This document shows positions 48,801-56,224 of a stretch of 64,000 bases of DNA, piece after piece. The notes beneath the pieces are model-generated. The model ran no database searches. It was not told the origin of the DNA and was given only the letters and a program-made list of their open reading frames with translations. The DNA lies in assembly GCA_045650025.1 (NCBI GenBank), contig JAZRQR010000003.1:1756-65755 (forward strand), given 5' to 3'. The position numbers and the translations under genes were made by a program. Positions within the stretch are counted from its first letter, which is position 1. The number at the start of each line of letters is the position of its first letter. Source of the DNA: Eubacteriales bacterium (lineage in GTDB: Bacteria > Bacillota > Clostridia > Oscillospirales > CAG-272).

Positions 48801-48850
48801 CGGCTCAGAACCCCACCAAGCACCGCGGTTGCGGTGCTTGGTTACATTTG
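48801..48850 (+). repeat. 50-nt direct repeat, copy 1 (contains an 11-bp hairpin)
   Basis: CGGCTCAGAACCCCACCAAGCACCGCGGTTGCGGTGCTTGGTTACATTTG. The internal stem is CCAAGCACCGC/GCGGTGCTTGG. Confidence 0.8.
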
Positions 48851-48863
48851 CGTGGGCACCCGA

Positions 48864-48917
48864 ACAGAAAAAACGCGCAACATCCGCAAATTCGGGTTCT
48901 GAGCCCCCGAATCGTTT
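48864..48917 (+). pseudogene. decayed tRNA-Val fragment (anticodon arm to acceptor 3' strand)
   Basis: Collinear blocks shared with the intact tRNA: GCGCA, ACATCCG, GGGTTC, GAGCCCCC, TCGTTT, separated by indels. It cannot fold as a cloverleaf. Confidence 0.5.
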
Positions 48918-48931
48918 ATGCAGCGGCTCGC

Positions 48932-48981
48932 CGGCTCAGAACCCCACCAACCACCGTATCTGCGGTGCTTGGTTATATTTG
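48932..48981 (+). repeat. 50-nt direct repeat, copy 2
   Basis: 44/50 identical to copy 1, at a 131-nt period. Substitutions break the hairpin without compensation. It is followed by an even more degraded tRNA-like stretch, to about 49045. Confidence 0.8.
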
Positions 48982-49059
48982 AGCAGAAAACGAAACAGGA
49001 AATCCATCTAATATCCGAAATTTCATGTGCTGATCCCACTCGGTACATAAAATACGCTC

Positions 49060-49088
49060 TTGTAATCCAGCCAAATTCATGTTATAAT
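49060..49088 (+). promoter_or_regulatory. sigma-A promoter for the second DUF4091 gene
   Basis: TTGTAA-17 nt-TATAAT with a TGn extended -10. Confidence 0.5.
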
Positions 49089-49128
49089 AAACTTACAAGC
49101 TCATACCGAATGTGAAAGGAGCATGCTC

Positions 49129-50685
49129 ATGAAATTTCAAGTGTTTTCCGAAAACGAGTGGATCTATCCGGATACCGTGATCACGGAGCAAAATATTGCA
49201 ACTTTGTACGCTGCGCGAAATGCAGATACTTGTTTTCAGGTATTGACTGATTACATGTTGATCGATGGAGAACCTATCTCTGCAGAATTTGCGCTGGAGG
49301 GATGCGAGACTGTTATATATCAGCTTTTGCCCGCAAAAGTAACGCTCAACAGCCATGAAAAAGCGTTATGTACCACGGATTATGATTCTGTCAAGCACTT
49401 TGTTACCAGACGCGCGCCGTTTGACGTATATGAAATCACGCGCCCCTTGGACGAAGGGAATACCGAGGCAGGTCGCGCAGCTTTTTACGTGCGCATCAAC
49501 GTGGACAAGGATGCCCCTGCCGGCGAATTTACCCCCGTGCTTCATATCCATATCGGCACACAGACACTGAGCATTCCGATCTCCTTGAAAATATATCATA
49601 CCGCCATTCCGTCTTTGGCTGATTCCGAATTCCATATGGTCAACTGGATCTATTACGATCGTGTCGCACGCGATCATCACGTAGAGATCAGCTCGGACGC
49701 ATATCTTGAGATCCTGGACCGCTATTTTGAAAACCAGCTAGACATGCGAAACGACCATTTGATGATCCCGTCCGGCGTGCCCGTGTACGATGCAAACGGG
49801 AACGTCTGCGACTTTGATTTTTCTCACGCCGAATTGGTTGGAAATCGCGCCTTGCAGCACGGTTTTAAATTCGTAATGGGTGGCTTTGTTGCAAGATTTA
49901 TCAACTGGGATGATCCGGATCATATGCTGCTTTGGGATCGCAGCGTATCTGTGACCTCAATAGAAGGGTATCGTCAGCTCAAGCTTTACTTCATACGCGT
50001 CTACGAGTGCGTTAAGCGCAACGGTTGGGAGCAGCATTACATGCAGTGCCTTGTGGATGAGCCACAGTTTCCCAACAGCTTAGCTTATCGCGCCTTGTCC
50101 GGCATTTGTCGTCAATGTGTGCCCGGAGTTATCATCAATGACCCTGTGGAATCGACCGAATTAGCAGGCGCTTTGGACATCTGGGTGGTCAAGCAGGCGG
50201 TGTTTGAAAAATACCTGCAGGACTACAAACGTCTCCAGAGCACAGGTGAGACAATGTGGCTGTATACCTGCGGTTTTCCTGCAGGGTATACCATGAACCG
50301 CGTCATAGATCTGCCACTGGTAGCCAGTCGCTTACCCATGTGGCTGTGTTACTTGTACGACGCACCCGGTTTTCTGCACTGGGGATACCACGTGCATAAT
50401 CCCAAGGGACGCTATGATACCAATTATCACATCGATGGCGTCAGTTATCCCGCAGGAAACGCGCACATTGTCTATCCAATGGAACATATGGTTTGGAACG
50501 GTGTTCGTGCACATTTGCAAAGAGCAGGCGCACAGGATTTCGAGCTGTTTTGCTTGCTTGGCAAACAGGATAAAGACAAGGTAATTGCACTGATCACCAA
50601 GGTGTGTCGAAGCTTTGATCATTACGACTTTTCAGCCACCACGCTGGATCAGACACGCATCGAGCTACTGGAAGCACTTGGTTAG
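49129..50685 (+). CDS. DUF4091 (GH123-like) domain protein, cytoplasmic paralog
   Basis: 518 aa from the ATG at 49129 (7 nt after GAAAGGAG). WLYTCGFPAGYTMNRVIDLP, FLHWGYHVHN, GNAHIVYP, AGAQDFELFCLL. No signal peptide. Confidence 0.75.
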   Translation: MKFQVFSENEWIYPDTVITEQNIATLYAARNADTCFQVLTDYMLIDGEPISAEFALEGCETVIYQLLPAKVTLNSHEKALCTTDYDSVKHFVTRRAPFDVYEITRPLDEGNTEAGRAAFYVRINVDKDAPAGEFTPVLHIHIGTQTLSIPISLKIYHTAIPSLADSEFHMVNWIYYDRVARDHHVEISSDAYLEILDRYFENQLDMRNDHLMIPSGVPVYDANGNVCDFDFSHAELVGNRALQHGFKFVMGGFVARFINWDDPDHMLLWDRSVSVTSIEGYRQLKLYFIRVYECVKRNGWEQHYMQCLVDEPQFPNSLAYRALSGICRQCVPGVIINDPVESTELAGALDIWVVKQAVFEKYLQDYKRLQSTGETMWLYTCGFPAGYTMNRVIDLPLVASRLPMWLCYLYDAPGFLHWGYHVHNPKGRYDTNYHIDGVSYPAGNAHIVYPMEHMVWNGVRAHLQRAGAQDFELFCLLGKQDKDKVIALITKVCRSFDHYDFSATTLDQTRIELLEALG

Positions 50686-50963
50686 CCGTACGGGAATCGG
50701 ACCGAATTGCCCGAGGGCGATGCATTTATGCGTCTTTCGGCGTGCTTTTACTCGCAAGATTGGTATCTTGCTTCGCAAAATCTCACCAAAATCCATCAAA
50801 AATGCATTCGCTCTCGGGTGCGAGCAGTTTTGACGCAGCAGATTTTTTTGAGCCCAAAAGCTTTCCCCGCAGGGCATATAGGCAATATGTCCAAGGGGAA
50901 AGATAAAGGGATCGAGAAAATCTGCTCGTCAAAACCAACTTGGTTCGACTCCCGTACGGCTAA
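50682..50963. repeat. 282-bp element bounded by 28-bp imperfect terminal inverted repeats (MITE-like, or a giant bidirectional terminator structure)
   Basis: Left TTAGCCGTACGGGAATCGGACCGAATTG (50682-50709) matches the reverse complement of 50936-50963, TTAGCCGTACGGGAGTCGAACCAAGTTG, at 24/28. There are at least three nested internal inverted repeats. The TAG inside each repeat is the stop codon of the adjacent convergent gene. Confidence 0.6.
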
Positions 50964-52060
50964 GGCGTTTCAAATAGTCCTACCAAGCCTTGCGCCGCAA
51001 CGTCCGCGGTCCGCAAGGCTTCTTCTATGGTGTTGCCGCAGCTTCCGATCTCCAGCGTCAGGGCAAATGGCAGCAGCTCCCCGTGCAGCGACTGCGACTT
51101 GCAGATCACGCTCGCACAGCTGCCGTCAAAGCGCGCGTTCATGCTGTCGTACAGATGCATGGCGAGTGCAAGATTTGTCTTGCTTGTCGCACCCGCGCCC
51201 ATGCCGCAGATCACCTGCGCCTGCGCGATCCTCTGCCCGTCCTTGACCGCCAGCGAGCGCACGATGTTGCCGTCCGCATCGGTGGTGGCGGCACGGTGCA
51301 CGTCGATCACGCAGACCAGCCCCGGGTACGCCAGGCGAAAGGCGGCAATGGCTTCGGCGGCGCGTGTGTACGCATCGCGGTTGGACTGCCCGTCAAACAC
51401 GGTCTTGCAATGAAGGGTGCCGATGCCCGCCTCGTTAAGCGCCTTGGCAATGTGCGCACCCACGGCGACCACGCCGTCCGTTCCGTCCTCGCTGCGGGCA
51501 AATTCCTCGTCATCGGAGGCTAAGTAAGATGCGCCCTCGCGGTTGTACCCCTCCCCCGTGTGGGTGTGGATGATCAGCACGCTGATCTGTCCGCGCGGCG
51601 CAGGAATACGACAGGACGCCGCCATGACCTCTTGCATATCAATCACCCCGTCGGTCTGGTTGACGGGGTTTTGTTGTACGCGAATATCCGCAGGCACAAT
51701 GGGCACAGCCCCCTGCGGCACGGCAGAAAAATCGTATGCGTACGGATCGGGCGCCTCTTGCGCCTCGGTGTTGCTCTCGCTCTCCCCCTCGGTCTGCGTT
51801 TCGCTGCCCTCCTCCTCGCTCACGGGCGGCTGCGCAACGCCGCCGTTTTGCTCGCCTCCCTCCCCGGGCGCAGGGGCGTTCCCCCAAGGCGCAAGGCAGA
51901 GCGCCACCACAGCGACCAATGCCACACTCACCAGCGCAACGATCAGCACGCCGCGCGGCAGCCGCCGCACGCGCCGATGCGCTACCGCACCCGCCTGCTC
52001 CCATGCGCGCAGCTCGCGCTTCAAGAATTCGGTCATCCCATTCGTTTTATGCTCGTCCAT
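50960..52060 (-). CDS. spoIIP: stage II sporulation protein P
   Basis: TM anchor, an acidic linker, then the SpoIIP amidase-like core (VLIIHTHTGEGY, VIDVHRAA). ATG at 52060 (MDEHKTNG). About 70% GC. Confidence 0.8.
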   Translation of the reverse strand: MDEHKTNGMTEFLKRELRAWEQAGAVAHRRVRRLPRGVLIVALVSVALVAVVALCLAPWGNAPAPGEGGEQNGGVAQPPVSEEEGSETQTEGESESNTEAQEAPDPYAYDFSAVPQGAVPIVPADIRVQQNPVNQTDGVIDMQEVMAASCRIPAPRGQISVLIIHTHTGEGYNREGASYLASDDEEFARSEDGTDGVVAVGAHIAKALNEAGIGTLHCKTVFDGQSNRDAYTRAAEAIAAFRLAYPGLVCVIDVHRAATTDADGNIVRSLAVKDGQRIAQAQVICGMGAGATSKTNLALAMHLYDSMNARFDGSCASVICKSQSLHGELLPFALTLEIGSCGNTIEEALRTADVAAQGLVGLFETP

Positions 52061-52121
52061 TTTCTCTTGACCTCCCCGTGTGTCGTTGCTGCATTGTATG
52101 CGCGCCACGGCAAGGATATGC

Positions 52122-52946
52122 TCACATCTCGCCAAGTCCGAAGCATGCGCCAATGGCATCTGCCAGCAGCGCCCCGGCACGCAGCACGGTACGGTCAATA
52201 TCCACGGGCGCGACCAGATAGCGCTCCATGGCGCCTAGATGCCGCTCCAGCTCCGTACCCACCCCACAGATCCCCGCGCGCGAGAGCGTATCGCAAAGCA
52301 GCGTGCCGCAATCCAGCGCGGTGGGCACGCCCAGCGAGATGACCGGACAGCCAACGCCGCGCGCGTCAATGGCACGGCGGCGGTTTCCCACGCCCGCCCC
52401 CGGGCACAAGCCGTGATCCGAGATCTGCACCAGCGTCCCCACGTGATCCGCCCTGCCGGTTGCCAGCGCGTCCACCGCCACCACCAGCTCAGCTCTCACC
52501 TCGCGCACCACGCCGCGCACAAGCTCAGCCGCCTCCACGCCCGTATCACCCAGCACACCCGGCGCGACTGCACAAAGCGCACCCTTCCCAAAGCGCGCAA
52601 ACGCAGCGCCGTCCAGCAGCTGCACGTGTCGCGTCACCTCAAGCGCACGCGCCGTGCAGGGCCCTAAGCTGTCGGGCGTGATGCGCGGATTGCCCAGGCA
52701 CGCCACAAGCACGCAGCGCGGCTGCCGCACAAGCCTTGCCGCCACGCCGGCAAGCAGCTCTGCCACGGCACGCGCGGGTGACTGCTGCCCATCGTCCGGC
52801 GCAAAATGCACGGTGGCGTATTCCACGCTTTTGCCATGGTGGCGCTCGGTAATTTCACTTACGCGACAGCCGTGCAGACGGGATTCACGGCGGTGCACGC
52901 CGCCTCCTCTTTCGCAGGCAAGATCGGTTCGGATGCTGTGGTCCAT
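52122..52946 (-). CDS. gpr: germination protease (spore endopeptidase GPR)
   Basis: IRTDLACE, CLGNPRITPDSLGP, VAPGVLGDTGVE, VAVDALA and VQISDHGLCPGAGVGNRRRAI are collinear with B. subtilis Gpr motifs. ATG at 52946 after GGAGGA. About 70% GC. Confidence 0.85.
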   Translation of the reverse strand: MDHSIRTDLACERGGGVHRRESRLHGCRVSEITERHHGKSVEYATVHFAPDDGQQSPARAVAELLAGVAARLVRQPRCVLVACLGNPRITPDSLGPCTARALEVTRHVQLLDGAAFARFGKGALCAVAPGVLGDTGVEAAELVRGVVREVRAELVVAVDALATGRADHVGTLVQISDHGLCPGAGVGNRRRAIDARGVGCPVISLGVPTALDCGTLLCDTLSRAGICGVGTELERHLGAMERYLVAPVDIDRTVLRAGALLADAIGACFGLGEM

Positions 52947-52996
52947 GCTCTCCTCCAAAAAAATTATAAATTATATATTAATTTTTGGTTTTTCTC

Positions 52997-53025
52997 TTGC
53001 TTTTTTTCAAGAAATCAGTTATACT
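52997..53025 (+). promoter_or_regulatory. sigma-A promoter for the family-5 SBP gene, leaving a ~200-nt leader
   Basis: TTGCTT-17 nt-TATACT. The ATG is at 53227. Confidence 0.45.
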
Positions 53026-53226
53026 ATATGTAAATATGCGAGTATTGGGACTTGCCTATCGGTATGCGCGCGAGGGTTCTGTGCATTGTGTACAGGATCG
53101 CCCGCCGAATTTTGTGCGGTTGCACGAATTTTCTTTGGCGCATCGGTTTGCAAAATCTCAGCACACTCAAGCGGTTGCCTCCGGGCAGCCGTGATCTTTC
53201 AAATCCACGAGGAGGAACTCTCAATC

Positions 53227-55455
53227 ATGACAAAGCGCATCCTTGCATCCGCTCTCTGCCTGGTCATGCTCGTTGGCTCTCTGGCTTGCCTGAGTGCTTG
53301 CGGCGACAACAAGGACAAGAAGACCGAAGACAAAGGCCAGTACCTGACCATGTACCTTTCCGATCAGGTATACGACCTCGACCCTGCCAACGCATTCTAT
53401 AACGACGGCACCACCACCATTGTAAACCTGCTTTTTGAGACCTTGTTCAAGCTCAATGATAACGGCAAGGTAAAGAAGTCTCTGGTGCAGAAGTACGTCA
53501 TCAAAGAAGACGCGGCAGCCAACGAATACAAAATGGATATCTACCTCAACGAGACCTGCTGGTCCGACGGTACTTATATTTCCGCAAACGACGTTGTTTA
53601 TGCATGGAAGCGCGTACTGGACGTAGAAAGCTCCTACGATGCAGCTGCTCTGCTGTACGATATCAAGAACGCCCGCTCCGTTAAGGAAGGCGATATGTCC
53701 ATCGACGACCTTTGCATTTATGCAGAGGGTGAGCGTATGGTTTCCGTTGAATTTGAAGGTCCTATCAATTACGACCAGTTCATTCTCAACCTGACCAGCG
53801 TGGCACTCGCTCCCCTGCGTGAGGACATCACCGCTAAGCCCGACTGGGCAAAGAAGCCTGCAACCATCGTGTGCAGCGGTCCCTTCAAGCTGGGTAGAAT
53901 CGAGTTCGTTGAGAACAGCACCAAGTACTTTGATGCAAACTACGAGTACACCGAAACCGGCAAGGAAGAGGTAACGGTTGGTAAGGACTTCAAGGAAAGC
54001 CTGGTTAAATTCCTGGTTCTTGAGCGCAACTCCTACTACTACCGCGACGTTGAGAAGGAAGAAAAGCTCGACAAGTTTGTAACCCCCTATAGAATTATTG
54101 TAGATTTCTCCATGACCGACGACCAGGTCGCTCAGGCTTACGAGTCCGGCGCACTGCTGTACGTGGACAACATTCCCTACTCCTGGAGAGTAGACGAGGC
54201 TTACGCAAGCCTGCTTAAGGACGTTGACACCGTTGACGCAATGTCCAACCATACTTACTACTTCAACCAGAATGCTCTGATCGATAACGGCGGCGACGGC
54301 GAATACCTGTTTGCCAACAAGACCGTTCGTCAGGTGCTCTCCAAGGCAATTGACCGTCAGGCAATCGCTGACGCGATCCTTTATGCCGAGGCGGCTACCG
54401 GTATCGTTCCCAACGGCGTTTTCAACACCAACGCTGCAAAGGATACCTTCCGTGAGGCTGCTACCTCCTCTTACGAGACGCTGACCACCGTAGATGTTGA
54501 TACCCTGAAGTCTGAGCTTTCCGCTGCAGGCATCAAGGCAAACAAGTACTCCTTCTCCATCACCGTTGCTGCTTACGACGAAGTTCACGTTGCAATCGCA
54601 GAGATGGTTGCGGAGCAGTGGAGCGCACTTGGCTTTGACGTTGAGGTCAACATGAGAGGCTCCATTACCAACAACGACTACTACAAGTGGACCGAATCCG
54701 TTCCTACCGATATCTGTGACGACCTCTACTCCGAGGATCTGCGTGCAGGTGACTTCGAGGTCATCGCTCTTGACCTGGGTGCTGTTACCGTTGACGCTTA
54801 CGCAACGCTGGCTCCCTTCGCAAAGGCGTTCTCCGGTCAGGGTATGGACATGTCCAACACCGAGAACTACCAGCTCACCGCACACATCACCGGCTTTGAT
54901 AACGAGGAATACAACAACCTCATGGAGGCAGTTTACTTCCTGCAGTACTACGGTGACTTCTACAAGTTCTTCTACAACACCGCATACGGCACCGACTACT
55001 TCGAGTCCAAGGAAGCAGCTGACGCTGTATACAACACCATCACCGAGATCTACAACGCATACGGCATTACTCCTTCCGCAAAGACCTTCCTTGAGGACCG
55101 CGCAACCCTGTTGCACGCAGCTGAGGACATTCTGATGGAAGAGGTTCCCGTAACTCCCATCGTTGCAAATCAGCACGCTTCCCTGACCGCAAACAACATC
55201 AACAAGGTTAAGGAAACCTACACCAACCCCATCGTCTTCACCAAGGCTACCGTTTCTGGTTACAACTCCTTCTTGGATAAGGTTGAGAGCTTCCTGGAAG
55301 CAAACTTCCAGTCTTACTGTGAAGATAAGCAGTCCTACATTTACAACAAGTTCAAGGGTAACGATAAGGTTTACAGCGCCGGCGAATTCTCCTACGAAGG
55401 ATTCAAGGGTGAATCTTCTCACTACAGCTTCTTGTTTGAAAAGGAAGGCAAATAA
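53227..55455 (+). CDS. ABC transporter substrate-binding lipoprotein, family 5 (OppA/DppA-like), orphan
   Basis: Lipobox LVGSLACLSAC and SBP_bac_5 pattern (DLDPANAFYNDGTTTIVNLLFETLF, WSDGTYISANDVVYAWKR). The track ORF start at 52654 is a stop-free run-in from the GC-rich block. Confidence 0.8.
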   Translation: MTKRILASALCLVMLVGSLACLSACGDNKDKKTEDKGQYLTMYLSDQVYDLDPANAFYNDGTTTIVNLLFETLFKLNDNGKVKKSLVQKYVIKEDAAANEYKMDIYLNETCWSDGTYISANDVVYAWKRVLDVESSYDAAALLYDIKNARSVKEGDMSIDDLCIYAEGERMVSVEFEGPINYDQFILNLTSVALAPLREDITAKPDWAKKPATIVCSGPFKLGRIEFVENSTKYFDANYEYTETGKEEVTVGKDFKESLVKFLVLERNSYYYRDVEKEEKLDKFVTPYRIIVDFSMTDDQVAQAYESGALLYVDNIPYSWRVDEAYASLLKDVDTVDAMSNHTYYFNQNALIDNGGDGEYLFANKTVRQVLSKAIDRQAIADAILYAEAATGIVPNGVFNTNAAKDTFREAATSSYETLTTVDVDTLKSELSAAGIKANKYSFSITVAAYDEVHVAIAEMVAEQWSALGFDVEVNMRGSITNNDYYKWTESVPTDICDDLYSEDLRAGDFEVIALDLGAVTVDAYATLAPFAKAFSGQGMDMSNTENYQLTAHITGFDNEEYNNLMEAVYFLQYYGDFYKFFYNTAYGTDYFESKEAADAVYNTITEIYNAYGITPSAKTFLEDRATLLHAAEDILMEEVPVTPIVANQHASLTANNINKVKETYTNPIVFTKATVSGYNSFLDKVESFLEANFQSYCEDKQSYIYNKFKGNDKVYSAGEFSYEGFKGESSHYSFLFEKEGK

Positions 55456-55471
55456 TAATTGTTAAAAAATC

Positions 55472-55504
55472 AGCCCTGCGATGCAAATCGCAGGGCTTTT
55501 TTTC
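55472..55504 (+). terminator. rho-independent terminator
   Basis: AGCCCTGCGAT-gcaa-ATCGCAGGGCT followed by TTTTTTTT. Confidence 0.9.
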
Positions 55505-55515
55505 ATGCTAAGGTG

Positions 55516-55544
55516 TAGACAAAGCAGAAATAATGTGATATAAT
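55516..55544 (+). promoter_or_regulatory. sigma-A promoter for the MBL-gltX-glnS unit
   Basis: TAGACA-17 nt-TATAAT with a TGn extended -10. Confidence 0.45.
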
Positions 55545-55575
55545 AATATGAATATTTATGTAACGCGGAGGAAAT

Positions 55576-56193
55576 ATGCAGATTATCAATCTCTTCCCCG
55601 GCTCGTACAACTCCAACTGCTACATTCTGGTGCATCAGGGCGAGGCATTGGTCATTGACCCCAGCGCTTCTGCCAAGTCCATTTTAGCACGCGTGGAGCA
55701 AGAGGGCGCCACCTTGAAGGGTATCCTTCTGACGCACGGACACTTTGACCACATCGTATCCATCGATACGCTGCGCCGCGCTTGTCCCGTTCCACTCATG
55801 ATCCACGAACAGGATGCAGAGATGCTGGAGGACGGCATCAAAAACGCCTTTTCCCTGTTCTTTGGTCAGGACATTTCCTATGCCCCTGCCGAAAGACTTT
55901 TGGCACATGGCGACAAGATCAACCTTGGCGGCATGGACATTGAGGTCGTGCACCTGCCCGGTCACTCCAAGGGCTCGGTTTGCTATTACATTCCCGGTGA
56001 GCGCACCATGTTCACGGGAGATTTGCTGTTTGCCGAGGGCTACGGCAGAGCCGACCTGCACGGCGGTAACGCCTTCCAGCTGCGCACCTCGCTTTGCGCG
56101 CTGCGACAGTACCCCAAGAACATTACCATCTACCCCGGACACGGCGACAGCTGCCCCTTGGGTCGCGCGCTTGACGTGGCATTCTATCTGTAA
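55576..56193 (+). CDS. MBL-fold metallo-hydrolase (glyoxalase II-like)
   Basis: LLTHGHFDH (HxHxDH), HLPGHSKGS. 205 aa. Confidence 0.85.
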   Translation: MQIINLFPGSYNSNCYILVHQGEALVIDPSASAKSILARVEQEGATLKGILLTHGHFDHIVSIDTLRRACPVPLMIHEQDAEMLEDGIKNAFSLFFGQDISYAPAERLLAHGDKINLGGMDIEVVHLPGHSKGSVCYYIPGERTMFTGDLLFAEGYGRADLHGGNAFQLRTSLCALRQYPKNITIYPGHGDSCPLGRALDVAFYL

Positions 56194-56224
56194 AATCTAT
56201 TTATAATATATTGAGGAAACAAAT

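Noticed and set aside
48801-48981. Possible CRISPR array.
   Set aside because: There are only two 50-nt copies, and they are imperfect (44/50). The intervening sequences are themselves related, there are no cas genes, and the period of 131 nt is atypical.
48716-49115. ORFs of 60-88 aa overlapping the tRNA, its hairpin and the downstream repeats.
   Set aside because: They start inside the tRNA or the repeats, lack an RBS, and are explained by the repeat and pseudo-tRNA structure.
50682-50963. Possible tmRNA (ssrA), considered because CCGTACGGGAATCGGAC and GGTTCGACTCCCGTACGG superficially resemble tmRNA 5' and 3' ends.
   Set aside because: There is no GGGG 5' end, no T-arm that pairs, no terminal ACCA, and no tag-peptide reading frame ending in ALAA-like residues on either strand. 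At about 280 nt, it is also too short.
51027-52681. A dense cluster of Arg/Ala/Pro-rich ORFs (60-260 aa) on both strands inside spoIIP and gpr.
   Set aside because: This is the typical stop-codon depletion of ~70% GC DNA. The ORFs overlap two well-supported genes and have no RBS or recognisable domains.
52654-53226. A 190-aa N-terminal extension of the SBP ORF (track ORF 52654-55455).
   Set aside because: The extension runs antisense through gpr and across the promoter region. A lipoprotein signal peptide with a GGAGG RBS starts at 53227.
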